DNA from: Macrostomum lignano
Taxonomy: Eukaryota
Length of the DNA stretch: 64,000 nucleotides
Assembly (NCBI GenBank): GCA_002269645.1
Contig: NIVC01000462.1
Coordinates: 215,516 to 279,515, forward strand
Direction: 5' to 3'
Below, piece after piece: positions 1 through 13,217 of the stretch (the first letter of the stretch is position 1; every line of letters begins with the position of its first letter). The notes beneath the pieces are model-generated. The model did not search any database. It saw only the letters and a list, made by a program, of their open reading frames with translations, and was not told the origin of the DNA. The position numbers and the translations under genes were made by a program.

Positions 1-3000
1 TCTATTAAATGGCTAGGCCTACCCTAGCTTAGTAACTTAATCAATTGCATCATTAGTGGCTACTAAAAAGTAGGCCTATATAACTATGATAATTATATTG
101 TTTAAAAAACATATAATTTGCATTAATTAGGCCTATGCTTCTTTATTTTGGCCACATGTCTTTTGACTTTAAGAAAAAGATAGAAAAAACTTTTTATAAT
201 TAGCTTGATTATAGAGGCCTAGAATTTGCATTTATTTTATAAAAATCAGTTGGTTTATTATTAGACTAAAGTTGTTTGTTCCTCTAGCTCTTCAACCAAG
301 CAGCTGTCATCAACCAATTTTGCTATTCTATTGATTTGAACATTTATTATATTAGAAAGACTAAATAGCATCTATACTAGAACTACAAAATTATATAGAA
401 CACAAACTAAAAAAAGTTATACTGTTTGACTAAGACCATTTCTAATTGTCAAATATGCTGTCACTGAAATGATAGAAAGTTTTAGAATATTTCGATGCCT
501 ATAAAATGAGTCTATTCTAAACTTAAATTGATTGAAGCATTGTATATAAAAGTGTTTAAGCTGATGCTTAATATCCAATTGATAAGTAGGATAGGAAAGA
601 TAGAATATGAGCTCAAAGTGCTCTAATAGTATACTCTCTTTATACTAGCTAGACTGACTTGACTTATACTTGGGCTATATACTTTTGCATTAAAAACTGC
701 TTGTATGCTGTTTTAATTCCTCTTTTACTTTACCAATATGTAATCCATATGAACTATTAGCAATTACCTTTAAGCAGCTCTAAGCAGCCATATATTATTT
801 AGTAACTACTCAAAAAGGCCAGGCTATTATAGCTGAATGCCTACCTTCATAAGGCATAAAAAGAGCAAGTTCAAATCCCAAAGGGCCTTTTCCCAATATT
901 TGCTAACCTAGAATAGCTACCCAATATGTTAAAAGTTCTCTTATTTATTTGATGCAACTTTTATATATCCAAGATTAAAAATAAAAAATATTTTTAATGA
1001 TTCAATATGCTTAATACTAATCGATTCATGCTATTGTTTTTTTATTTTTTAAGTAATATTTTATTCCATTTTTGTAAAAACAAAAAAACTAAATTATCCT
1101 TAAGAAAATCTATGAAAACAGCTTCAAAGAATCAAAGTACTATATTACCATATCTTTAAAAGTAATATAGTTCTATACATAATAGCTGAAGAAATATATT
1201 TTAAATATTTTTCAGATTTGAAAAGCTGTTTGTATAATATAAATTAAAAATATAAACAGTTTTTTAGAAAAAACTAATATTGTTATAATAACTAATTTAT
1301 CTAATCCAATTCTCCTATAATTAAAGTTTTACAATTTTGCATGGTCATTTAAGGTAGCTAGTACAATAAAAATGATAATATAAAATTTTAAAGCAATTAA
1401 CATTTTAACAATTTTATTGGACAAAAGTGAAGTTTATCCAATATTTGATTAAATATGTGAGTTTGATTTATTCTTAACTCACATTTGACTATAGACTATG
1501 ATTAGGTAGGAAAAGTTGATTTAGTCAAATGCCATATCCTAGGTTTTTTAGGCCATACAGTAGCCACCGGCTACCCAAAAAAGCCATTGGCAACTAGATT
1601 TTAGGTATCAGAGACCAATCTTCATTTTAACTTCATTTTATCCATGCCAGTTGCCAATTTCAAAAATTGTTTTTGTAAGTGTAATAAAAGTGCCATATGA
1701 ATTGATATTATATGATGGAATTGTTAGGCCCTAGTTTGTTACTGTTATTGTCAGTATAACATGTACATATTACTCGAAATTTAGTGTCTTGGAAATATTC
1801 ATCCTCGAGAATTTGGCTAGGCCTAGTTGCAAATGGGCAACCAAAAATAGCCATTGGCAACTGGATTTTGAGCCCCAAGGGCCAGCTGGCAACTGGATTT
1901 CCAACCTTAAAAAACCCAGTGCCATATATTTTAGCCTTTCTGTGTCTTGATTTTAGTCCAAATGAATTAAATTTAGTTGAATTTCAAGGAAAGGATCAAG
2001 GCAAGACAAGGGGTAGCACAAAATGGAATCTCTAGGTGAAACAAAGCCTGCAGATAATTTATTTCTTGCAAAATATTTAATAGTCAAATAAAAAAGTGAA
2101 AAAAACTGAGCAAACAAGAATATATAAGTATACAAGTGGAGACCAGACTAAATATGAGCTAGAATCCACACATATGCACCCTGCCCCCCTGCAACATATG
2201 CAACCTCGCATGCACCCACCCAGCCAAGCAAGCCACCTTACCTTGCAGTTTAAATGCCCTTATCACCAGCACAGTGGCAAGGGTAACATCACTAATATGG
2301 AGGCTGCACTTAGCCAAGTAAATTTATAACAGCAGTTTAGGGACAGGGATGCAGCTAGTGTTCTTGGTATCACTCTGCAAAAACACCACACCTGCATTCT
2401 CAATTGCAAACTGAATTCCAGCATGACAGTGGTCATGCATCCACACTGTAAAGCTTGTATGGCACAGAGAAAGTCTTTGTTATGTTCTACATTGTATTGC
2501 AATTGAAGTCAATATTGCCTAAATTGTTGCCTGAACTTTTTGATTTGTGATTTGACTTAATTGAATTGGATGATGAACTTTGGAAGAATGAAGTAAATTG
2601 TGAATTGAATAATGATTTAACTTAATTGAATTCACTATGACTAAAACAAAATTATAAAAACCATTGCTTGTGCTGCATGTAACTAAATCAACCTCATTTT
2701 TGTACAATAAATTTGTTCAAAGGTATTTTTAAATTCTATATATTTCTTTAGAAGGCAAGCTTATGAAATATTTTAAGTCCATCAAGTCAACATATATATT
2801 CAAGAATTATAAAGAAACTTTTTGTAGACATAGTCTATGATTAGAGATTTATTGTATTGTGATAGAAGCTATTAATTCTCAATGGCTTTATATCCCTAAG
2901 GACTATAGGCTATAAGGACTATACTTTATGGCAAAGATTGGAAGTACAAGCTATATATAGATATATATTTTTTACATTAATTTTAACACTTTAGAAATCT

Positions 3001-3083
3001 GTACATGTCCATAATTATAACTTGAATGATATATCTCTTAAGTTACAAACATTATAACTAAGATATTTAATTCCTTATTCCAG

Positions 3084-4001
3084 GATATGTTTTTGAATAC
3101 CCTGACGCCCAAATTTTATGTGGCGTTGACGGGCACCTCTTCTCTTATCTCTGGCCTAATTTTGGTAAGCTGTCATTAGTTTCAATACAATTAGGATTAA
3201 ACATTCAGATAGATTTGATATTAATTTCCCATGGCTCATAATTGGGTATCAGATATCCCAGGACTCGACCCAGATGGGAATCTATCTGGATTAAGAATCA
3301 GATATCCCAAGAATAAGTTTTTGCACCATTAACTTTGCACCATGCAAGTTAAACATTAGAAAAACCGCCAACACAATTGACAGATCTTCGAATGGTGGTA
3401 CTTCAAAAAGTACGGCACATCCTTCATTGAGCAGATCTCGCTGACTCATATCAGCCCGCTGCTGGGTGGAGCAGACGATGATGAGTCCATTGAGTATGGA
3501 GAGTCTGGCAACAACAACCAGAATAGCATTCAGGGTGAGTGTGGAATCCGCCCATCTATCTATCTGTCTATTTATCTATCTATCTATCTGTCTATCAATC
3601 TATCTATCTATCTGTCTATCAATCTATCTATCTATCTGTCTGTCTATTTATCTATCTATCTATCTGTCTATCAATCTATCTATCTGTCTATCAATCTATC
3701 TATCTATCTGTCTGTCTATCTATCTATCTATCTATCTGTCTATCTATCTATCTATCTCTCTATCTATCAATCTATCTATCTATCTGTCTGTCTATCTATC
3801 TATCTATCTATCTATCTGTCTATCAATCTATCTATCTATCTGTCTATCAATCTATCTATCTCTGTCTGTCTATCTATCTATCTATCTATCTGTCTATCTA
3901 TCTATCTATCTCTCTATCTATCTGTCTATCTATCTATCTATCTCTCTATCTATCTGTCTATCTATTTATCTATCTGTCTCTCTATCTATCTGTCTATCTA
4001 T

Positions 4002-4059
<58 letters not shown>

Positions 4060-4076
4060 GTCTATCTATCTATCTG

Positions 4077-4131
<55 letters not shown>

Positions 4132-4132
4132 G

Positions 4133-4197
<65 letters not shown>

Positions 4198-7100
4198 TTA
4201 ACTATCTATCTATCTATCTACCTATCTACCCGCAGCCCCACCCCAATCCGCAGAGTGCAAGGTATGGCGCAATCCCTACAGTTTATTCCGCGGTGCCGAA
4301 TACCAGCGCTACAAAGAGGTGACCAACCTGGAGCCTCTCACCTATTACGATATGAATCTGTCGGCACAGGATCATCAAACATTCTTCATCTGCGAGGCAG
4401 ACAATGGCAAGCCGGAGTATGAAAGTGAGTTACACTTTTGATTAATATTTATGGCCAATATATATCCTTGAGCGTCCATCTCAACACCTTGCAACTGCAC
4501 TCCACACGACTGACTCCCTTGACCCACTTCCGGGTCTCCCTTGACCCACTTCCGGCTCTCCCTTAACCCACTTCTGACTCTCCCTTGACCCACTTCCGAC
4601 TCTCCCTTGACCCACTTCCGGCTCTCCCTTAACCCACTTCCGAAGCTCCCTTGACCCAATTCCGACTCTCACTTGACCCACTTTCGACTCACTTGACCCA
4701 CTTCCGACTCTCCCTTGACCCACTTCCGACTTTCACTTGACCCACTTCCAACTCTCCCTTGACCCACTTCCGACTCTCACTTGACCCACTTTCGACTCAC
4801 TTGACCCACTTCCGACTCTCCCTTGACCCACTTCCGACTCTTCCTTGACCCACTTCCAACTCTCCCTTGACCCACTTCCGACTTTCACTTGACCCACTTT
4901 CGACTCACTTGACCCACTTCCGGCTCTTCCTTGACCCACACCCGACTCTCTTGACCCACTTCCGAAGCTCCCTTGACCCACTTCCGACTCTTCCTTGACC
5001 CACTTCCGGCTCTTCCTTGACCCACACCCGACTCTCTTGACCCACTTCCGAAGCTCCCTTGACCCCAAGCTCCCGAACTCGCCCCCGCAGTCATGCAGCT
5101 GGCCTGGCGGGAGCGCAGTCCATCTGAGCGAATCAAAAAGGCCAAGGAGGCCCTGGAGAAGAACCCCGACTGCGCACCGGCCATGATACTCCTAGCTGAG
5201 GAGGAGTGCTCCACCGTGCTCGAGGTTGAGAAGCTGTTGCGGCAGGCCTACAAATCAGCTGAGGCCTCGTTCCGGAGGTCGCAGCAGCAGCAGCACCACA
5301 GCGGCAACCACGAGTCCCTGCACAGACGCGACACCAACGTGTTTATCTACGTGCGCAGGCGCTTAGCCATGTGCGCTAGGAAGCTGGGCCGACTCAAGGA
5401 GGCAATCAAAATGATGAAGGATCTTATCAAAGAGTATCCCAGCCTCAATTTGTTTAATATACACGAGAATCTTATTGAGTGCTATTTTGAAACTGAGCAG
5501 TACGCTGATGCTCAGGCATTTCTGGCGAAGTATGATGGTGAGTCCTGCTCATGTTCTTAATGTTAAACTGTGTCTATTTTATTCTTTTGGAATTATTCTC
5601 TTTCTGAATTTATCGGGTATAATTCCCCATCATTATAAATCATTCTGGTATAATTCCCCATTATTCTAAATCATTCGGGTATAATTCCCCATCATTCTAA
5701 ATCTTTCGGGTATAATTCCCCTTCATTCTAAATCTTTCGGGTATAATTCCCCATCATTCTAAATCTTTCGGGTATAATTCCCCATCGTTCTAAATATTTC
5801 GGGTATAATTCCCCATCGTTCTAAATCATTCGGGTATAATTCCCCATCGTTTTAAATCATTCGGGTATAATTCCCCATCGTTCTAAATCTTTCGGGTATA
5901 ATTCCCCATCGTTTTAAATCTTTCGGGTATAATTCCCCATCGTTCTGAATCATAATTCCCCCATTCTAAATCTTCCAGGTATAATTATCCTATTCTAAAT
6001 CCCTCAGGTATAGCTACCCCATTCTAAATCCCTCAGATATAGTTCCCCCATTCTAAATCCCTTAGGTATAATCCCCCCATTCTAAATCCCTTAGGTATAA
6101 TCCCCCCATTCTAAATCCTCCAAGTATAATTCCCCCATTCTAATTCTGTCTGTTATAGTTGCCCATCATTCTAAATCTTTCGGGTATAATTCCCCATCGT
6201 TCTGAATCATAATTCCCCCATTCTAAATCTTCCAGGTATAATTATCCTATTCTAAATCCCTCAGGTATAATTCCCCCATTCTAAATCCTCAGGTATAGCT
6301 ACCCCATTCTAAATCCCTTAGGTATAATCCCCCCATTCTAAATCCTCCAAGTATAATTCCCCCATTCTAATTTTGTCTGTTTTAATTGCCCATCATTCTA
6401 AATCATTGAGGTATAATTCCCCATCGTTCTAAATCATTCGGGTATAATTCCCCATCGTTCTAAATCATAATTCCCCCATTCTAATTCTGTCGGGTAAAAT
6501 TTCCCCGTTCTAATTCTGTCGGGTAAAATTTCCCCGTTCTAATTCTGTCGGGTATAATTCCCCATCATAAATCCTCTAGGAATAATTTTCCCATTCTAAA
6601 TCCCTGAGGTATTATTCTTTCAGTCTAAAATCCCTTCTTTAGTATTATTATCTCTATTCTAAAACTGTTCAAAAGGGATTATCCTGATTTCTCAATACTA
6701 ACTCAATGAATGCAAGGTATTTGGCTTGCCCTCTGAATGCATGCAGTTTACACGCCTAGCTAAGCGCATGGCAACCCGGCCCCATTGCAGACATCACATA
6801 TCCCAAATCGGCAACCATTTGCTACACGGCGGCTCTACTCAAGGCTAGATTTGTGGCAGACAAGTGAGTGGCCTGAGTTTTTCTCTCTGTAGTAACTCTG
6901 CTCTGTGTCTGCTCTATGCACGATTCCCTTTGTTATATTGTGCACGGTATTGAGGCTTGGCCGTCCATCAGTCGCTTTGAAATAATTAAAATGATTGTTT
7001 TTGTGTGGATGGATAAGTTTGAAAATTAAATATTATCGTGTAATCTGTTTTGAGGCGGGTTCCAGCAGTCTGTTGATCAGTTAATCATATTATATGACTT

Positions 7101-7230
7101 GTGTGGCTGTTGGACAGACAGACAGCCAGCCAGACAAACAACAGACAGACAGACAGACAGACAGACAGATAGGCAGACACTAAGACGGACAGACAGACAG
7201 GCAGACACTAGGACAGACAGACAGACAGGC

Positions 7231-7287
<57 letters not shown>

Positions 7288-8721
7288 TACAGACAGACAA
7301 ACAGACAGACAGACAGGCACAAAGCCGCGGTCAGTCACCAGCTCCTCAATTTGCAATCGCAGGTTCTCCCCGGACGCGGCGTCCAAGAAGGGCCTGAGTT
7401 CGGCAGAGATGGCCGCAGTTGAGGCTGTCCACCGAGCTGTCGAGTTCAACCCACACGTCCCCAAATACCTGCTAGAGATGAAGCCTTTGATCTTGCCGCC
7501 CGAGCACATTCTGAAGCGCGGCGACTCGGAGGCCATCTCGTACGCATTCAACCACCTGCGGCACTGGAAACGGGTTGACGGCGCACTGCAGCTGCTGCAC
7601 AGCACCTGGGAGGGCACATTCCGCCTGATCCCCTACCCGTTAGAGAAGGGCAACCTGTTCTATCCCTACCCGCTGTGCACCGAGGCGGCGGATAGAGAGC
7701 TCCTGCCCAGCCAGCACGATCTGTCAGTGTTTCCCAAGAAGGAGCTGCCATTCTTCATCCTGTTTATAGCCGTGCTGTGCACCGTGACCGCCCTGCTGGC
7801 CCTGCTCACTCATCAGTACCCTGAGCACATGGGCTGGGTGTCTCGGCAGGTAAGAGTTCTTGAGGTTTTATTGCATCTTTGATTTTGCGCTCTCGATGCT
7901 TTTTTGAAATTTCAAGCTTTAAAGTATCGTATCGCAGAAATCTCCATTCTGAGGGAATCCCCATAATGAAAGAATCCCATAATAAGGGATTATGCCCACA
8001 ATGATGGAATCCCCATACCCATAATTAGCGAATTCCCCATAATTAGCGAATTCCCCATAATAAGGGAATCTCCCATAATAAGGGAATCCCCCATAATAAG
8101 GGAATCCCCCATAATAAGGGAATCCCCCATAATAAAGAAATCCCCCAAAATAAGTTAATCCCCATAATAATGGAATCCCCCATAATAAGGGAATCCCTCA
8201 TAAGAAAGGGAATCCCCATAATAAGGGAATCCCCCATAAGAAAGGGAATCCCCCATAATAAGGAAATCCCCCATAAGAAAGGGAATCCCCCATAATAAGG
8301 AAATCCCCCAGAATGAGAAATCCCCATAATAGGGGAATCCCATAATGAGGGAATATGCCCAAAATGATGGAATCCCCATACCCATAATTAGGTAATCCCA
8401 CATAATAAGGGAATCCTCATAATTAGGAAATCCCACTTAATACAGGATTTCTTATTATGAAAGAATCTCAATGAAAAGAATCCCCCATGTAGCAGTGCTT
8501 TAATGAAGTGCATTTACGAGATATATAACCTTTAAAAACCCAAAAAAGTTATCCAAAAAGCTAAAAGTCGAAACAGCAGTTACTTAAAAATTAGCGAAGC
8601 ACATTTTTATCTCCAAAAATACCCGCAGGCCATCAGTTGGGTCTCGGCTCCGCTGGGCTACATACTGGACAAGCTGGAGGGCCTGTTGCCAGTGATGTCG
8701 CCTCTGTCAGTGAAGCTGTGA
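3084..8721 (+). CDS. ST7: Suppressor of tumorigenicity 7 (ST7/ST7L) homolog, multi-exon, 5' end not identified in window
   Basis: GT-AG exons with consistent phases: 3084-3164, 3384-3534, 4254-4424, 5091-5537, 6791-6863, 7363-7849, 8629-8721 (TGA). The spliced translation contains ST7 hallmarks [95 protein letters not shown] and [11 protein letters not shown]. Confidence 0.96.
3553..4228. repeat. (TATC)n/(TGTC)n microsatellite in ST7 intron
   Basis: Direct reading of 4-bp units; explains the LSIY ORFs. Confidence 0.98.
4512..5065. repeat. ~22-bp minisatellite in ST7 intron
   Basis: Unit CTCCCTTGACCCACTTCCGACT with variants. Confidence 0.95.
5615..6605. repeat. ~31-bp minisatellite in ST7 intron
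   Basis: Unit GGGTATAATTCCCCATCGTTCTAAATCTTTC, degenerating 3'. Confidence 0.93.
7113..7317. repeat. (GACA)n microsatellite in ST7 intron
   Basis: Direct reading. Confidence 0.97.
7950..8490. repeat. ~18-bp minisatellite in last ST7 intron
   Basis: Unit GGAATCCCCCATAATAAG with variants. Confidence 0.92.
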
Positions 8722-9596
8722 GCGGATAGTCTGAGTGCTTAGCAGCTAACTTTGATGATGAACCTCTGGCTGAAGGCCTGGCTCTACTGAATTTTATTAA
8801 GCTATTTCACTTTTTCTGGCAATTAGCAGCTTAATTATTATTTTGTGTAGTTGTTCCCCTGCACTATTTCTTGTTATTTCTGTTCACATGGCAACCGCAG
8901 CCCTGTTAGCCACCTACTGTATAATTTTATTGTTGGATCATTGAGCAAATTATTTATATATACAGCGGCAGTAGCCCAGTTTTAGTGTTCGTCTAGTCGA
9001 ATTTGGAGCATTTTTTTCGTTTTCTAATTAAGATAATAATGCACAAAATTTTAATATAATCTACTGTCAATTAATTAAGTTTCCTAATTTTGCTACTTAA
9101 AGTAGAAATATAAGCAATTTGCTGATAAATTTTGCGGTAGCTTTAAAAATGTATTGGGACTAATTAAGATTGTAAATTACTATCTATCGCTAATTGTGTT
9201 AGCTTCTAGAGCCGGTATTCCCTTCCAGCCTCCGGAATCCCTCATCTTTGCTGCTTTTTTTCGGAAATTATAATCCACCGCTGGACTTCATAAATTACCG
9301 TGAATGGCCTACTACAAACCATGTGCAATTGAATTCTCTTTAGAGCAGTGTTTTTCCTCCATCTTTATTTCTCTATTGTCTGTCCGCATCACAATCTGGT
9401 ATTTGGAATGTTTGTCACCGCTGTCTGCTTCATACTTGTGTACTAAGGCTATTTCCTCTCAAATAATTTTTTTTCACACAGTTCACCATCAGACGGCGGT
9501 TTCCTTGCAGGTGGATTGTCAGAGATTAATTAACACAACAAGGACAACTAAAAGACACTCAAGTTTCATGGAAAAATTTTTGAAGGCCGCTTTTTG

Positions 9597-9890
9597 CCGA
9601 AAAATACACTACGGAGATAGGAAGTTTTCGCATATGTCTTGTGCCTAAAAAACATATTAAAATGACACGGCTCAGCTCAATGGTTTAATGAATCCAAAAC
9701 TTTGAAAAACCAAAATTAACATAGAATCTTAATTTTGTGAACGAAAAGCTTTTTAAATATCAATAGAGCTATATAAGAAAGGCACAGCATATCATAATAT
9801 GAACATTGGGTCTGCCTCCTATTGAAAGCAAAAAACAATTTTTTGTTGAAAAAATGAAAACTTCCGATCTCCGTAGTGTATTTTTCGACG
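9597..9890. repeat. ~33-bp inverted repeat pair (possible MITE remnant)
   Basis: GCCGAAAAATACACTACGGAGATAGGAAGTTTTC near 9597 versus GAAAACTTCCGATCTCCGTAGTGTATTTTTCGAC near 9857-9890; no TSD found. Confidence 0.6.
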
Positions 9891-11925
9891 AAAAGTCGAC
9901 TAGAGAGTGTACACGCCTAACGATTAGAAAGACTGGGCCGATGTACACACTGTATGAGCGCGTGGAGAGAAGTCATCGAAGGCGTTGCCTTTTGAAAGTT
10001 TGAAAGCTTCTATAGCCATGGCTTTATCTAATGCAATGTGACGTTCTGGGCTCTACTGGCTCTTTGTTTCTCAGTTTCTTTATTATTATAAATGTCGTTT
10101 TCTTTTGCTGTTGTAGCTATCCGTTGTCTTCTACGTTCTTGGCTTTTCCTGCTGGTTTTGTTTAGTTTTAATATAATGCTAGTTTGAGATCTTTTCGGCT
10201 ATCTCTAGCTGCTTGCAGACCGCCGTCTCTGTCTTTGTTTTGGCTAATTTATTTTGCAGAAAATCTCAACACAGATTTTATCAAGAGTTGTCTAAGCTTA
10301 TTGTTTGCCCTCTCGCCGCGTCTCCTCAGCTCCCAGTGCAGTCGACTAATTTAAATTTACTTAATTAGGTTTGTATGAATGACTTTTGACTCTATCATTG
10401 CAAGTCTGTTGACGCCTGAAAGAAACTAATAAAGGCAATATAAATCTGACCTTTTTCTGACCGTGTTCACGCTTTCTTTAACAGCTGTTTTTTTGCCCGA
10501 GTTTTGTTGTTTTCGTATTTTGTTTCAATGAACCCTAAAGTTGATTATGAATTGATAATGAGTTTTTGGTTGCGTTCCCACCCTATTAATGGCTAGCTGC
10601 CGTTTGAATTGAATGCCAGTTCGAATAACTTGTCTGGTATTTTATCCTATTTATTTGGGTCTCATCAATCAAGCTCGAGAGGATGAATTCTTTGTTGTTA
10701 ATTAAAATATACACCAATTAGGACAAGAGCCAGGCGATATCAGTCATGAAATTGTTCTCGCAATGTTTGTATAACTTTTAATTGGCTGTTTGTGCAACTA
10801 TATCAAACATTTACGGTCTGTTATTGTCTTCTGTCTACTGGATAACTTTTTTTGTTTTATTACTGATGTGCAAACTGCACTAACTAGCTTTTTGTGGCAT
10901 CCTCCTACACTGTAGGCTAGACGTGACAAATTTTAAACTAGCTAGCGCTGGTTAAATTAAAAAGCCTGAAACCTGAAGTCTGGATTTTTTATGAAACTAC
11001 GTCTAGCCAACGCTTGAACATCTTGCCGTCCTTAAGCTTTTTAATTCCAGCCATGGTCATTGAGCGGCAGTTGGACAAGCCTTCAAATAGCTGATATCTA
11101 CGAATTTAAAATGTCGAACCGAATCCCAACAACGACATATTTGGCTTAGCTCTAATTGTTTTGGCAGTCGACTTTGTCGGCCGACTTCCGAAGTTCCGAG
11201 GGCCTGTACCGAATAAAGGCCTCCTCAACACCATAGACAGCTTCCCAGCTGCAAATGAAAGCGTAGCTACAGAATCACATGTAACTTGCACTTTTACAAA
11301 GCATAAGCAAATAGCGGAGCTTGTCAACAACACGCTCGTAAATTACTTTTTTATTCTTAAATTTGTTGACATAGTCAAGTTACTAATTTTTGACGTTGGT
11401 CGCCGTTTAAAGTGATGAAAGTTATAATAAACGAACTTTAACATGCAGGCTGTTATAGTCAAGTGGCATATCATTTGGCCCGGTGAGGAGGAAATTAAAC
11501 CTATTAATATTAGGTTATCTAAACTGAACAAATTGAATATTGTGTGACAGTGTGATTCGTAGAAGCGTGTATCGTATTTCTTTATTTTCATATGCATACC
11601 GTACTATTGACAATACTACTGTATTCTTTCATTTATTTTAACAATATTCGTACGTATTATTATCGCGCTATTTTTACTGTTAATTGCTTTGTTTTTGTAG
11701 CCTCGTATATATTTATTCTATTATTTGTATTTCATTCATATCGTTATTATTTGTCGTAAAGTAGTTCTACTTATGTACATGTACTGACATGTTATTCTTG
11801 CATGATATATTTATCGATTAATTTGTACATGTACATTGCGCGCCGCGTGGGGGGTTGTTTGTCTGGGTTTTGGATTAAGGGTGTTGTTATTATCTGTTTA
11901 CCTTTAAATATATGCTTACACTACA

Positions 11926-12186
11926 GGGCCTTTTCATATTACCAATTCCAGAACCAGAATCGGTTTGGAATTCCAAGAAAAACAGCAGTATAACTATTAA
12001 ACTCTGTTAATATTTGACTGCCTTAACAACCTCACTTAGCACAATTTTTTCACATTCTTTTTGGCGATTGTCATTCAATAATAAAAACTTTATAGCACGT
12101 ATCTCCCTCTAGTTATGGAGACAAAAAGTTATACTTCACAAATTGGTTCTGGTTCTGGAACCAGAACAAGCAATATGAAAAGGCCC
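11926..12186. mobile_element. PIF/Harbinger-like MITE
   Basis: 15-bp perfect TIR GGGCCTTTTCATATT; 3-bp flanking duplication ACA (11923-11925 / 12187-12189). Confidence 0.75.
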
Positions 12187-13217
12187 ACAGTCGGCAGCCG
12201 CTCTCGCCCTTCCCCTTGCTTCGCTTCTCGACCTAGGCTCGCTAACCCTTAGCTGTGACGCTGTCTGGCCTCCTTACACCAACTCTTCCGCCGTCTACCT
12301 TGGCACACCAATTAGTTAATTAACTGATCCAGCAATTTTAAGTAGCACTAGCAAAAGTCTAAGGGTTGAAGCGGCTTGCCGATCTGCTAACTAAACGTGA
12401 ACTATCTAAATTAACCGCTACACAAATCCGTTTTATTCGCCTTATTCGTCACAATCGTCTAGTATAGGAGAATCATTTCAAAATTATAATTAAACCGGTG
12501 TTGCCTTGTATTCATTTTTATGACAAACAGTAAAACTTAAAAAATCAGCACAATAACGATAAGAAATGTTTCCAAGTAGTTTTTAAACATTAAGTTTATT
12601 ATGCAAAAAATATAACACGAATTATAATATAAATGTTAATATAAATAAAGCATCAAATTTAAAATCATCTATGCCCCAAAAGGGGTGATTCTCATCGAGA
12701 GGTTTCGGAGGTTTTGAGGTTTTTCAGAGGTTTCATTTCGAACAAATATTTTTGCACAAAACTTTTAATACTGTAAAAAAATTAAAATCTTACTGAAATT
12801 TACTAATGAATACAAATTTTCTTTAGAAAATAGCTCGGAGGTTTCGGATTCTTTTTAATTTTGCTTCTGATAGGCACGCGCGGAAATTATTTAACTGTTT
12901 TTATGCGAAGTGGTAGTCAACGACACATTTTATGCCATGCCATTTTCATTGTTTCCTTTTCATTTTATAAGCGCAAAGTTGCGATTAGTCTCAAGTGTGT
13001 GTTATTCCCTTTGAATGCATATTCGCAACTATCCTAATTTGTACTAGACCTGTCCATGTAATTAAAAACAGACACTATTTACCAATACGAATTTCATTTT
13101 TTTACTTGGTCTTAAGAAAGCTATCAATTTTTAAGCCAGACTAACTAAATTAAGACTAACAAGACCAAGTCAGTATTTTTTCATCAAGTCAGTATCAGTC
13201 GCTATTTAATATAGATT

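Noticed and set aside
2100-2520. GC-richer exon-like island upstream of ST7 (AG at ~2520, GTAAGG at ~2240 on -)
   Set aside because: Stops in all frames and no recognisable motif; probably a decayed TE fragment.
3466-4422. 318- and 220-aa LSIY ORFs
   Set aside because: Translation of the (TATC)n microsatellite.
10914-11008. 10-bp inverted repeat GGCTAGACGT
   Set aside because: Short and without a TSD; insufficient to call a MITE.
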